Part shown: positions 39,549-49,132 of the stretch, piece after piece
How the letters are laid out: every line of letters begins with the position of its first letter
How positions within the stretch are numbered: position 1 is the stretch's first letter
Virus record (IMG/VR): IMGVR_UViG_3300042544_000638
Coordinates: 1 to 53,420 of that record
DNA: 53,420 nucleotides
DNA from: a virus
Taxonomy: Duplodnaviria; Caudoviricetes
Reading direction: 5' to 3' (one strand)
The notes under the pieces: generated by a model
What the model saw: only the letters and a program-made list of their open reading frames with translations
Told to the model about the DNA's origin: nothing
Database searches by the model: none
Program-made: the position numbers and the translations under genes

Positions 39549-41840
39549 TTATTGCATAGTAGCATACTGCTCCTCGAATTTTCCAAAGGAATAATCCTCG
39601 CCTACATCGAAGTCACATCCGATAGCAGAACCCGGAATAGAAAGACCGCGATCAGTCTTAATAAAGCCAGTTAGCTTCTCAATGTAATGATCTACTTCAT
39701 CATCGGGAACCTCTGCTAGAATAGAGTCATGCACTAGAGCGAAGATTCGAGCCTTCATACCCCAGCGATCAATATAACTCTGCATATCAATCCCTGCTAG
39801 CAAATTGACGTCACTTGCAGGCGACTGAACTAGGAAGTTAAGACCGGAGCGAACAGCGTGACCTTTAACAGCTCTGTCAGTAGACAGAACATTTGGTAGG
39901 CGACGCTTACGACCGAAGAATGAATAGATATATCCATTCTGAGCGATGAAGTCCTGATTCTTAGTGATCCAGTTCTTTAGGCCCTTGAACTGCTTGAAGT
40001 ATGCAGAGATAGCTTCTTTAGCATCATCTTCTGTGAATACATAGTCAAGACCGTTTTCCTTTGCATCTTTCGTAACCTGCCAGCTAATTTTACTAGGACC
40101 AGCACCATACATGATACCGAACGTAATAGCCTTAGCGGCCTGACGAAGTAGTGGATGCAATTTCTTGACTTCATCCACAGAACATTCTAGGTTAAATACT
40201 TTCTTAGCGATGGTAGAGTGGAAGTCTCCGCCGCTCTTGAAAACGCCCATCAACTCCTTGTCGTTAGACAGAACCGCAGCGACATAAACCTCGGCTGTTG
40301 TTAAGTCGACTGATACAATCTTATGGCCTGGAGTAGCTTTGATGCTACCCTTAACCGCAGAGTTATCACGAGGTAGCTGCTGTAAGTTCAACTTTCCAGA
40401 AGAACTTAGGCGACCACTAGTAGTACCATGAATGTTAAAGTTCGTACGAAGCCTCTGGTCGCGATCAAGCTGAGGAATAATCTTATCTAGATAAGTATTC
40501 TTAATCTTGCTCTTTTGCCGAATATTTAGGATGAGTTTAGGAACGTGATGTTGCTCACTCAATTCCTTAAGAACTTCGGCATCGGTAGAATTGGCATCCG
40601 TACTGGTCTTTTTACCTGTAGGTTGTAGACCTAAATAGTCGAATAAGAAGCTACGAAGCTGCATTACGCTGTTAGGATTGAAAGGTTTACCTTGTGCTTC
40701 CTCAAACTCGCGTACTTTAGGCTCCTTATAAAGTTCTTCGATAGACTCATCAATGCTTTTCTGCATTTCCTTCTGAGCGAACTTTAGTCGTTCTATGTCA
40801 AAAGGAACTCCGTTGTCCTGAACCTTAATAAGGAACGTGGATGCTGGAATCAGAATGTCTTTGTAGACTTTATCTAGCTTCTTATTCTTGGTAACAGCAG
40901 GCTTTATCTTCGCATACAGTAGAAAGGTGACTACAGCGTCGATAGCTGCGTAAGTTTTGATAATGTCAAAAGGAATAAACTCAAAAGAGAAGTCATCCTT
41001 AAGAACACCATGCTTCTTACGATATTCGTCAATCCAGTCATACATAGGCTGTTCATAGTCGCCATAGTCAGTATACTGTAAAGCTAGCTGCTTTAGACCG
41101 TGAGTACCTGGATTTTCGTCAATACAGTAGTGAAGAAGCATTGTATCTTCATAAACTGGGAAATTCCAGCCGAAATGGAACTTCATAAAGGGCAAGTCGA
41201 ACTTGGCATTATGAAACACTACGGTCTTTTTGTTGAATAGCTCCTGAAATAGTTCGGAAGCCTCATCGTCGATACAATCGGACGAGATATAGGCTCCATG
41301 ATCTCTTTCATAGCATAGACTCACACCTAGAATATATCCGTTTCTAGGATAGAGGGCGGTAGTTTCAGAGTCGAGACCAATAAAAGAATTTGGACTAGCA
41401 ATCGCTGCCCTTAGAAAATCTTTTAGATGTTCACTCTCTGTGATTCCGTAGATTTTATCCGTGGAATACGTAACTACCTTTTTAGTTCCTGAAATATAAC
41501 CTATGATACTGTCGCGGGACTCCTCCCACAGCCGAGCGGACTCTGGCTTGAACGTAATCATAGCAGGGTTAATTACAGGAAGAAACTTTTCTTCGACTAT
41601 CTTACCACTGTAATCAGTCACAGAGGCATTTTTAGTGTAATACTTGCAAGCGTCAGCACCGACTAGAATCACCCACTCATAATTGTCTGGGTCAAAGTCG
41701 ATGTCAACGTTCTTTTTAAGAACCTTTTTGATGGTTGGGTCTGAGCACAAATAAAACCTATCGAACTCAAAGGCTTGGTTAAAGCTCTGGTAAAAGTCGT
41801 TCCTACTAGGTTTAGTCTCAATGATAGCTACACTAGCCAT
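39549..41840 (-). CDS. polA: Family A DNA polymerase with 3'-5' exonuclease
   Basis: LDSETT, FHNAKFD, YAAIDA, TTSGRLSS, NLQQLP, RQAAKAITFGIMYG, LVHDSI. Confidence 0.95.
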   Translation of the reverse strand: MASVAIIETKPSRNDFYQSFNQAFEFDRFYLCSDPTIKKVLKKNVDIDFDPDNYEWVILVGADACKYYTKNASVTDYSGKIVEEKFLPVINPAMITFKPESARLWEESRDSIIGYISGTKKVVTYSTDKIYGITESEHLKDFLRAAIASPNSFIGLDSETTALYPRNGYILGVSLCYERDHGAYISSDCIDDEASELFQELFNKKTVVFHNAKFDLPFMKFHFGWNFPVYEDTMLLHYCIDENPGTHGLKQLALQYTDYGDYEQPMYDWIDEYRKKHGVLKDDFSFEFIPFDIIKTYAAIDAVVTFLLYAKIKPAVTKNKKLDKVYKDILIPASTFLIKVQDNGVPFDIERLKFAQKEMQKSIDESIEELYKEPKVREFEEAQGKPFNPNSVMQLRSFLFDYLGLQPTGKKTSTDANSTDAEVLKELSEQHHVPKLILNIRQKSKIKNTYLDKIIPQLDRDQRLRTNFNIHGTTSGRLSSSGKLNLQQLPRDNSAVKGSIKATPGHKIVSVDLTTAEVYVAAVLSNDKELMGVFKSGGDFHSTIAKKVFNLECSVDEVKKLHPLLRQAAKAITFGIMYGAGPSKISWQVTKDAKENGLDYVFTEDDAKEAISAYFKQFKGLKNWITKNQDFIAQNGYIYSFFGRKRRLPNVLSTDRAVKGHAVRSGLNFLVQSPASDVNLLAGIDMQSYIDRWGMKARIFALVHDSILAEVPDDEVDHYIEKLTGFIKTDRGLSIPGSAIGCDFDVGEDYSFGKFEEQYATMQ

Positions 41841-42666
41841 TGTATAATGTCTCCTTTAATTTGATCACTTGTAAGGCTGTCAATTCACCTGGATCTTTAT
41901 TGTTTCCGTATATAATATTTCGGGTACTTATGTCTCTAGCTTCTAGAAACTCTTTGAGGCTTTCTGCGGCTTTTTGCCCTGCCTCATCGTTGTCAAAGAA
42001 AATATCTATTCCAGAGACTCCCTGAATTTTTAGAATGTTTAGCTTATCTTCTGTTACTTTGTTAATTCCGAACGCACAAACTGCGTTTGTCAGGCCTTTG
42101 TCGTGAAGGTTAATCATATCCATAATACCTTCTACTAGAATGATTCGACCTTGTACTGGTTTAACGATAGGGAACAGAGGAAGTTTGGCACCTGCTGGAT
42201 GAAAGAGATATTTAGGGTCTCCGTTCGACTGGTGTCTACCACAGAAGGCAATGATCTTGCCACTGATACCTCTGATTGGAAACACAACTCGGCCAATAAA
42301 CTCTGGATTGTTGTGCTGGAAGCCTTCGAACTTCATAAATGTCTCGCCAGAAATACCGCGCCAGTCTAGATCGAAAGGCACGGCATTCTCTGGGACATTG
42401 TAACCAGCAGTTTCTGCTAGTTTATCCAATATAAGAGTTTTCATCTTTTCTCTACGGATCTGAAGCCAGTTGGCTTTTTCACCGAAGAACTCAAACAAGT
42501 TACCTTTAAACCCACAAGATAAGCAGTTAAATATGCCCGTCGTTTTATCAACTCTAAGGCTAGGGTTCTTATCCTCATGGTCGGGATTCAGACACCTAAT
42601 AACATAGTCTTTACCGCTTGGGCGAAAATCTATATTTCGTGATTTTAATACTTCGTCAACAACCAT
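41833..42666 (-). CDS. DNA primase
   Basis: CLNPDH..CLSCG zinc finger; TOPRIM LVEGIMD, FFDNDEAG, KDPG. Confidence 0.9.
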   Translation of the reverse strand: MVVDEVLKSRNIDFRPSGKDYVIRCLNPDHEDKNPSLRVDKTTGIFNCLSCGFKGNLFEFFGEKANWLQIRREKMKTLILDKLAETAGYNVPENAVPFDLDWRGISGETFMKFEGFQHNNPEFIGRVVFPIRGISGKIIAFCGRHQSNGDPKYLFHPAGAKLPLFPIVKPVQGRIILVEGIMDMINLHDKGLTNAVCAFGINKVTEDKLNILKIQGVSGIDIFFDNDEAGQKAAESLKEFLEARDISTRNIIYGNNKDPGELTALQVIKLKETLYNG

Positions 42667-42677
42667 ATAGTTTTCCT

Positions 42678-44066
42678 TTAGAAAGGTGGATCGTCATAGA
42701 TGTGATCCATGACTGGTCTATCTTCATCTTGCTTGCTAGACTTCTTCTTGAAAGAAGTCTTTTTGTTGGGCGAATCTTCCTCAACAATAATCTCTATGCC
42801 ATTCTCTGGGCCAATCGTAAGAGTAGACCAGTTAGCTTTAGATATGAAGTTGATCTTAGCATCGCCACGCATCTTAGTACACGTAAAGGCAATCGACTCT
42901 GGGCCAGCCTCTAGTGTGAAAGCAGCATCAGCCGAGTCAAGAATACCCTTAGCGAAGCGAGCCTCACCAGCGGCATCAATCTGATAAGGACTGAAGACTG
43001 GAACGCCAAGTTCACCTGCGATAGACTTTAGGGCTGTACTCACAACTATCTGATCTTTCCAATCAAACTTATCATCAGAGTCAGATGTTCTCTTAATCTG
43101 ATTAACGTAGTCAACAATGATGAGACCAACATTACCTAGCTTACGTACTCGCTTAATAATCTCAGCGCGTAGCTTTGGTAAAGTCAACACAGGATCATAT
43201 ATAATATCAATTTGAGTCTCTGTCAACTCTTCTTTTTGAAGAGCCATGTGAAACTTCTCAAAGTCTCTGTGAGTCTTGTAAGTCTCTAGATGCGCTGCAC
43301 CATTCTTATATCTGCCAGCCCACCAAGTAGCCACTCTGAGCCATTCTAGATTATCAAGTGTTTTATACTTGATCTTAGAGTGTGGCACTCCCGATCCAAT
43401 CGAACACTGTCTCTGTAGAATTTCTCTAGTGGGCATTTCGATACTGAAGTAGAGTACAGACTTACCTCGCTCATAAACAGTATTCGCTAGGTTCGAGCAA
43501 GTGATAGACTTACCTGAACCACGCTTACCGCCCATGAGGATGTAATCGGTACTTTTAAACCTGACCATATCATCAAACTGAGCATTTAAGCCAAGAGGTA
43601 TATAGTCTGCTAGATCTTCATCCGACTCGAATAGATTTAGCTTCTGAAGGTTATCTTCAGAATTATTGAGTTCGACTCTATCTTCTATTCGAGAAATAAT
43701 ATTATAGAGAGACTCAATAGTCTCCTCCGCTGTCTCAAAGGTAATCGAATGTTCGACATACTTGTGTAATTGAAACAACGTTTCTTTTTGTGTAAATTCG
43801 TTTTTTAAATAATCTAATAATAGAAAAGGCTCTGCATCTACTTCGACAGCTTCGATCGCATAGATCTTATCGAGAGTAGAAGAGTCCCGTATTGCTAGCT
43901 TAAGTTCTTCGATAGTAGGTAGTTTGTGATAACTCTCTACCTGTTTGGAGACAGCATCATAAACTACGTGATACTCACTAGGCAAATAATGCCTTCTTAA
44001 GCTAGACCAAGTATCAAAGTCCGCCTCTTCTAGAATTCTTTTGAATAATGCACTAGCGAGGTTCAA
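42678..44066 (-). CDS. Replicative DnaB-like helicase
   Basis: GGKRGSGKS, YFSIEM, IIVDYVNQ; TTG start with AAGGAG RBS. Confidence 0.88.
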   Translation of the reverse strand: MNLASALFKRILEEADFDTWSSLRRHYLPSEYHVVYDAVSKQVESYHKLPTIEELKLAIRDSSTLDKIYAIEAVEVDAEPFLLLDYLKNEFTQKETLFQLHKYVEHSITFETAEETIESLYNIISRIEDRVELNNSEDNLQKLNLFESDEDLADYIPLGLNAQFDDMVRFKSTDYILMGGKRGSGKSITCSNLANTVYERGKSVLYFSIEMPTREILQRQCSIGSGVPHSKIKYKTLDNLEWLRVATWWAGRYKNGAAHLETYKTHRDFEKFHMALQKEELTETQIDIIYDPVLTLPKLRAEIIKRVRKLGNVGLIIVDYVNQIKRTSDSDDKFDWKDQIVVSTALKSIAGELGVPVFSPYQIDAAGEARFAKGILDSADAAFTLEAGPESIAFTCTKMRGDAKINFISKANWSTLTIGPENGIEIIVEEDSPNKKTSFKKKSSKQDEDRPVMDHIYDDPPF

Positions 44067-44089
44067 AGTTGTCTCCTTAAAACAAGTTT

Positions 44090-44121
44090 AGCCGAAGCAG
44101 CTAATGTAGCTGCTCCGGCTT
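44090..44121 (-). terminator. Hairpin/terminator after D5
   Basis: AGCCG(A)AGCAGCT-AATGT-AGCTGCT(C)CGGCT stem. Confidence 0.6.
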
Positions 44122-44140
44122 CCACTTTCAAAGAGAAAAC

Positions 44141-44857
44141 TTAAGCAGCAGCTTTCTCTTTCTTTGCTGCACCGTCATAGTCAGCAGCCTTTAGGCCACG
44201 ACGAGTTAGCATAGTCTTAACACCACGCTCGGTCTTACCAATCTGTTCAGCAATCTGAGCAACAGAAAGAGCAGAAACGTCACCAATAGCGTCTAGTGGA
44301 TCTGCTGCTGGACCCTTAACATCGCGCTGCTTTGGCATCGCTTCGATTTCACCAGCGCGTTGTAGGCTTAGAGCCTTACCACGAACTGACTGAACAGTCT
44401 TACCAACTGCTTCGGCGATTTCTTCTACGAACTTGCCGCTACGGATTAGCTTTAGAACTAGAGCTTCTTCGTCTGGGCTGTACGACTTGGCGTGCTCAAC
44501 CTTTGGAGCTTCCTTCACGTGTGAAGTAAGTTCCATCGAAAGGATCTTACCTTGGATAGCCTTTGCTGTGTAGTCGCCTGGGAAAGCGTCTGCGATTTCA
44601 GCATAGGTGAAGCGACCGCTGTTTTCGTTAACGAAAGCGCGTAGGTCTTCGGTTACTTCGTCTGAGAAGGCACGTGGGGCAGCAGAAGCTAGTTCAACTT
44701 CATATCCGAGCTTACGTAGCTTGGAAGAGATCGAACGAGTGCTAGTAGCTAGCGCTTCGGCTAGTTCAGCTACGGTTCCACGGCTTACTGGGCTTTCATC
44801 ACCAACGCCATCAACTAGCTGAGCAGTGCGTTCTTCGGTCCACTTTGGGGTAGTCAT
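44141..44857 (-). CDS. DNA-binding transcription regulator (T5 D5-like)
   Basis: RSISSKLRKLGY, IQGKILSMELT, SVRGKALSL, RGVKTMLTRRG repeated HTH units. Confidence 0.85.
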   Translation of the reverse strand: MTTPKWTEERTAQLVDGVGDESPVSRGTVAELAEALATSTRSISSKLRKLGYEVELASAAPRAFSDEVTEDLRAFVNENSGRFTYAEIADAFPGDYTAKAIQGKILSMELTSHVKEAPKVEHAKSYSPDEEALVLKLIRSGKFVEEIAEAVGKTVQSVRGKALSLQRAGEIEAMPKQRDVKGPAADPLDAIGDVSALSVAQIAEQIGKTERGVKTMLTRRGLKAADYDGAAKKEKAAA

Positions 44858-44858
44858 A

Positions 44859-45611
44859 TTAATTAATATCTCCTATAAATTGTTTTAAGTCAGTTACAAT
44901 TATAATTCCTGACTGTTTGGCTTTTTGTGTTTTAGTGGTCTCTCGACCGCTTTCATTGACTAGGATGGTCACATCTTTAGTTATAGAAGACTTGACCGTA
45001 AATCCTAGTTTTTCTAGTTCCACTTGGGCTTCCTGTTTGGTGGAATAACTATTTAGTTTACCGCTAATACAGACAACGCCCCTGTCAGAGGAACTAGCAG
45101 CGACAGACTCTGTTACGAAAGATAAATTCAGCGGAAGAAGTTCATATTCTTCGTTTGTATTTAGCCAATTCATAAGATTTTCTGTAGCTTTTTCACCTAA
45201 GCCAGCTTCTTTACAAGTATCGTAAGCAATAGACTGAAGATCCTTACATACTTTACTCAACTTATCTGTAGCTGTCTTACCGATAAGCGGAATGCCAAAG
45301 GCGGGCAGAACATAGTTAAGTGGTTTTGTTTTAGACAACTGTATTTCATCATACAACTTAACGGATATTCTTTCAGACCCTAGAGCATCAATCAACTCGT
45401 CTTTATCGAGTAGATAAATATCTAAGATACTGCTTAAGTGTAGTTTGCTTATTGTAGAAGGACCAAGACCCTTGATCTTTAGCGTTGAGGCGAAATGCTC
45501 TACTTGCTTGGACTTAGAAGCCCCACAGTCTGGATTTCTGCAATAAAGCTGGTCATTAGACCATTCAAGAATACTGTCACAGCTTGGACAATTTGTAGGT
45601 GGGTTAATCAC
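44859..45611 (-). CDS. ligB: NAD-dependent DNA ligase subunit B (zinc finger, HhH, BRCT)
   Basis: CPSC..LYCRNPDC, IKGLG, GIPLIG, VCISGKL BRCT; likely GTG start 45611 after AGGAG. Confidence 0.88.
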   Translation of the reverse strand: MINPPTNCPSCDSILEWSNDQLYCRNPDCGASKSKQVEHFASTLKIKGLGPSTISKLHLSSILDIYLLDKDELIDALGSERISVKLYDEIQLSKTKPLNYVLPAFGIPLIGKTATDKLSKVCKDLQSIAYDTCKEAGLGEKATENLMNWLNTNEEYELLPLNLSFVTESVAASSSDRGVVCISGKLNSYSTKQEAQVELEKLGFTVKSSITKDVTILVNESGRETTKTQKAKQSGIIIVTDLKQFIGDIN

Positions 45612-45636
45612 TTCTCTCTCCTGATCTAATGAAAGC

Positions 45637-45677
45637 ATTATATGGAAATTTGGTTTGAAAGTCAAGAACTATTTTTT
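45637..45677 (-). promoter_or_regulatory. Sigma70 promoter with AAAATAGTTC motif
   Basis: Minus strand AAAATAGTTC-TTGACT, 17 bp, TATAAT. Confidence 0.78.
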
Positions 45678-46042
45678 TAAACGCTATCTGGCACGCTACG
45701 GATGATCTCATCTTTTAACTCGAACAGTTCAGTATGTCCTCCGAATTTATGTTCGGATTTAAACTTAAAATCCTGCCAAAGTTCATGCAAATATTGCTCT
45801 AGATAGTAAATATCTTCTAATCGTCCATGCACCACTTTTTGGATTCTAATCTCGTAGCCTCGAAAACCGTTAGACCTTCTAATAACATCTTTCCAGTTTC
45901 TGCCTTTGGCTATGCCTATCTTTATACATTCTCGCTTCATAGTGGATTTATTAACGAGAACCACACAGTATAGCACTGCTTCCAGTCCACAATCCTCTGG
46001 ATGATTTCTGAAATAGGTTTCGTTATAAATCCCTTTACTCAT
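45677..46042 (-). CDS. GIY-YIG/T5orf172-like nuclease-fold protein
   Basis: LY..., IKIGI, R, LEQYLH, FGGHTELF. Confidence 0.6.
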   Translation of the reverse strand: MSKGIYNETYFRNHPEDCGLEAVLYCVVLVNKSTMKRECIKIGIAKGRNWKDVIRRSNGFRGYEIRIQKVVHGRLEDIYYLEQYLHELWQDFKFKSEHKFGGHTELFELKDEIIRSVPDSV

Positions 46043-46287
46043 GCTAGTTTTTCTTCTAGGACTTCTTTTGTTGTTGCACCAACTACGCGACTTAACTCGT
46101 TGCCTTCTTCGTCAACAAAGATAAAAGTAGGAACGCCTCTGATACCGTAGGTTTCAATGGCTTCTTTTCCTTCTACTGTCTCAATATCATAGATTGTAAC
46201 TTGATTAGAGTCAAACTCTTCAAGAATTGGTTTCATTGTCTTACATGGGCCACACCAGATGGCTGTAAAAGCTAGAATCTTATTCAT
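46039..46287 (-). CDS. Thioredoxin
   Basis: FTAIWCGPCK active site; IRGVPTF. Confidence 0.9.
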   Translation of the reverse strand: MNKILAFTAIWCGPCKTMKPILEEFDSNQVTIYDIETVEGKEAIETYGIRGVPTFIFVDEEGNELSRVVGATTKEVLEEKLA

Positions 46288-47230
46288 ATATTCTCCTTAC
46301 GATCCGTGGAATAATTTCACCAGACCGTACTACTTCGACCAAGCAGCCTACTTCTAGGTCTAGCTCTCGAATGTATTTAATGTTATGTAGCGTTGCTCTC
46401 GACACTGTAGCTTCTCCAATAACTACAGGCTCTAGAATTGCCACTGGACTTACTATGCCAGACCTACCGACTTGCCAGTCAACATCAAGTAGCTTAGTAA
46501 CTACTCCGCCTTTACGCTCTTTGAGAGCGAAAGCACCACGAGGATGCTTAGAAGTATAGCCAGCATCATAGAAGCGTCGGTAATCATTTATTCTGAACAC
46601 CATTCCGTCCTGTGGAAACTGATCTAGATAACTAGACTGACAGGTGTATACAGTCTTAAAACCATACATCGAAGCCAGCTTCTGCATATCCTCTGTCCAA
46701 GTATCATAGACATTGGGAATAATTCCATAGGCGACAAAAGTCAGGTCACGAGTTTGAAACTCTTCCACTGACTTCAAGTTAAGCGCACCTGCTGCATAGT
46801 TACGAGCATTATCAATAGTCTTTGGAGCGACTACTTCGCCAGTAATTTGCGTAATAGGTTCATCCATAGATGAGTATTGGATTTCCTGTGGAATAAGAGT
46901 TCGCATCTTATCCGTAATATCTAGACCCTCTTTACCATCGCCACGGGTGAGAGAAAGAAAGTGCTTACCCTTACAATAATAGTTAGCTACAGCAGCACCA
47001 TCTAGCTTTGGTGTAACAGCAATTGCTCCACCAAGTTCAATGCGAGGCTCATCATCATAGCATTTCTGCAGGCTCCACATAGGAAAAGCGTGAGCAATCC
47101 GATCGCCAACGACCGGAGCACCCACGCTTTCGTAGCCATGATACTCCGCTAGTTTATCGAATTCCTCATCGCTAATGATAGGTTCACCAGCGTAATATTT
47201 GGCACTCGCATAATCTAGAAAAAGTTTCAT
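46280..47230 (-). CDS. ligA: NAD-dependent DNA ligase subunit A (adenylation + OB domains)
   Basis: YYAGEPIISDEEFD, KLDG, TRGDG, NARNYAAG, DGMV, RATLHN, RSGEIIP. Confidence 0.92.
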   Translation of the reverse strand: MKLFLDYASAKYYAGEPIISDEEFDKLAEYHGYESVGAPVVGDRIAHAFPMWSLQKCYDDEPRIELGGAIAVTPKLDGAAVANYYCKGKHFLSLTRGDGKEGLDITDKMRTLIPQEIQYSSMDEPITQITGEVVAPKTIDNARNYAAGALNLKSVEEFQTRDLTFVAYGIIPNVYDTWTEDMQKLASMYGFKTVYTCQSSYLDQFPQDGMVFRINDYRRFYDAGYTSKHPRGAFALKERKGGVVTKLLDVDWQVGRSGIVSPVAILEPVVIGEATVSRATLHNIKYIRELDLEVGCLVEVVRSGEIIPRIVRRIYE

Positions 47231-47511
47231 TGATAAATGTCCTGTAAAAGTTCTTTAAAATTAGATATTATCACATCTTTACTCTCAGCTAAAGACAAGA
47301 TTTCTACTAAGCCGATAAAAAGCTCTTTAGAGTTGTCTAAGTCGAGAGGCATTGCTACACCATCTTTAGTAGGAAGCCATTCCTCGGAGAAATCCAAGTA
47401 GTACTTACGTAGGTGCATATATTCTACGCCCCTAAATCTATTGATTGTAAGCCTTACTTGGAAGTCGTCAGTCTGATGGATGATTCTAGAATAAATCTCT
47501 TCGTCATCCAT
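47227..47511 (-). CDS. PC4-like ssDNA-binding protein
   Basis: QVRLTINRFRG.EY.HLRKYY..EW.PTKDG. Confidence 0.75.
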   Translation of the reverse strand: MDDEEIYSRIIHQTDDFQVRLTINRFRGVEYMHLRKYYLDFSEEWLPTKDGVAMPLDLDNSKELFIGLVEILSLAESKDVIISNFKELLQDIYQ

Positions 47512-47776
47512 TATTCCTTCCCTTGAGCGAGGAAGATAGAGGAACTACAGTAGTTACGTTACTAGGACGTATCAGTCTGTAGGAATCCGCATCCCAACAA
47601 AACAGAAGTATGGTATCTTCTGTCTCTCTTGCTCTGTTAGATTTCGATTGTATGTATTCATTAGAAAAGTCCAGTGTGCATACGTTATATTTTAACTTTT
47701 TAGATTCTTGACTTCTATAAGTTATAGTAGCATCACCATACTCTTGTACTAGTTGAATTATTTCGTCTTTTGTCAT
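47504..47776 (-). CDS. Conserved T5-like hypothetical protein
   Basis: KLKYNVCTLDF..YIQ, FCWDADSYR; AGGA RBS before ATG 47776; synteny. Confidence 0.7.
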   Translation of the reverse strand: MTKDEIIQLVQEYGDATITYRSQESKKLKYNVCTLDFSNEYIQSKSNRARETEDTILLFCWDADSYRLIRPSNVTTVVPLSSSLKGRNNG

Positions 47777-47843
47777 AGTTTCCTGTCGGCAGGTTGGCAT
47801 ACTTGCCAGACTTGAATGGCTGCCGAAGCAGCCACCCTATGAA

Positions 47844-48203
47844 TTAAGCAGTTAGCAGGCCAGCAAAATAAACTGCTGCCTTGCCTGTTAGCTTGCTGAT
47901 AATGTCCGAGTCAACGTCCTTACCCGCTGCTTCAATAGCTGCGATAAGCTGAGCTTGAGCATCTTCCTTGCTTACGCGAGTAGAAGCTGCCTTGCTAGTC
48001 TTGGACTTGGAACCACCCGATTCAGAAGCTGCAACTTTCTTAACGTATACACCAGCTTTGCTGAGGATCATACGAACACCATTGGGACTTTCTTCAAGCT
48101 CCTCGGCAATATCGGCTACGATCTCCATTGAATTTTCGGGGGTTGGCTCACGCTCCTGATACATTTCAATCGCTTGAGCCTTTTTGGCTTCATCCCATGC
48201 CAT
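47844..48203 (-). CDS. T5 D3-like DNA-binding protein
   Basis: MAWDE, SPNGVRMILSKAGVYVKK, KLTGKAA; AAGGAG RBS. Confidence 0.8.
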   Translation of the reverse strand: MAWDEAKKAQAIEMYQEREPTPENSMEIVADIAEELEESPNGVRMILSKAGVYVKKVAASESGGSKSKTSKAASTRVSKEDAQAQLIAAIEAAGKDVDSDIISKLTGKAAVYFAGLLTA

Positions 48204-48252
48204 TCAATATTCTCCTTAAAAATTATAGAACCGACTTATTGTCGATTTGATG

Positions 48253-48301
48253 ATTATAAAAAAATAATAGGCATAAGTCAAGAATTATTTTGACTTATGC
48301 C
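48253..48301 (-). promoter_or_regulatory. Sigma70 promoter overlapped by an inverted repeat
   Basis: Minus strand AAAATAATTC-TTGACT, 17 bp, TATAAT; the -35 lies within GGCATAAGTCAA-N8-TTGACTTATGCC. Confidence 0.78.
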
Positions 48302-48309
48302 CATTTTAA

Positions 48310-48477
48310 TCAATACTCAATTAAACCTTGAGAATCTTTCTTACGCCTACTAGTCTTCCATATGTCATAGCAGATGGCTACAGCTTGCGCTTGCTCTTTT
48401 CCTGAATTTATTTCTTCGCCAATACAGCGGGATACAAACTCATCTTGTGTTTCATTTTTTCTTGGTTTAACTGGCAT
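48310..48477 (-). CDS. 55-aa hypothetical protein not in the ORF track
   Basis: MPVKPRKNETQDEFVSRCIGEEINSGKEQAQAVAICYDIWK...; AAGGAG RBS. Confidence 0.75.
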   Translation of the reverse strand: MPVKPRKNETQDEFVSRCIGEEINSGKEQAQAVAICYDIWKTSRRKKDSQGLIEY

Positions 48478-48497
48478 CTTTTTCTCCTTATTATTAT

Positions 48498-48719
48498 TTA
48501 GCCATAGCTGACCCTTGCGTCAGCTTCGTTATTAAATAACTTACAATTCTTGTACTTTAGCGCAAAAGCATTATAAGAATTATTAAAGTGTTCACTCCTA
48601 GAAGCAAGATCGTTGCAGGCTTCTTTTAGAGTTTCACCTTTTCCGTAACCTAGGTGGCAAGCAGTATAATCCCTACGAGGATCGCCTTCACACCAGATTT
48701 CTTGTAAAAATTTTGTCAT
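48498..48719 (-). CDS. Hypothetical protein
   Basis: 73 aa; ATGA overlap with the Hsp20 stop. Confidence 0.65.
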   Translation of the reverse strand: MTKFLQEIWCEGDPRRDYTACHLGYGKGETLKEACNDLASRSEHFNNSYNAFALKYKNCKLFNNEADARVSYG

Positions 48720-49132
48720 GCAATATCTATCTTTTTACCTTTAGTTTTAGGTTCGATTGTCTCTAGGAAAATACTTAGAAGTCCATCTTGTAACTCGACA
48801 TGATCTACTTCTACATTTTCTGCTAGATTAAATTGCTTGGTAAAGGCTCTGTTAGAAATGCCTTTCCATACGTATTGTGGGAACTCTTGCTTTTCATCGG
48901 GCATATCCTGTAGAATAGCACCCTTAATTGTAAGAACTCCATTTAATAACTCAACATCTAAGTCTTTCTTAGAAAAGCCAGCGAGTGCTAGTTCAATAAC
49001 ATGGCTGCTTTTATCGAGCTTTACAATATTGAATGGTGGATAGTTAGTCTTAGCAACCTCACTTCCCATTCTTGCTAGTTTATTTGTGATTTCATCGAAA
49101 CCAATAAAAAATTTATTTAGATCATTATACAT
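48716..49132 (-). CDS. Small heat shock protein (Hsp20/IbpA family)
   Basis: FIGFD, NYPPFNI, IELALAGFS, GISNRAF..F.LAE, DGLLSI; ATG 49132 with AGGAGG RBS. Confidence 0.92.
   Translation of the reverse strand: MYNDLNKFFIGFDEITNKLARMGSEVAKTNYPPFNIVKLDKSSHVIELALAGFSKKDLDVELLNGVLTIKGAILQDMPDEKQEFPQYVWKGISNRAFTKQFNLAENVEVDHVELQDGLLSIFLETIEPKTKGKKIDIA

Noticed and set aside
39440-39565. Possible 41-aa ORF (MLLCNKQQVKIV...) bridging the polymerase and the next gene
   Set aside because: Fills the gap but is short, has no recognisable motif and overlaps both neighbours; cannot be supported
40110-40145. Unusual polymerase motif B residue
   Set aside because: RQAAKAITFG carries the ordinary Phe at the E. 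coli 762-equivalent position
29366-44066. Introns or inteins in nrdJ, polymerase or helicases
   Set aside because: Proteins have normal lengths with contiguous motifs; no intein termini seen
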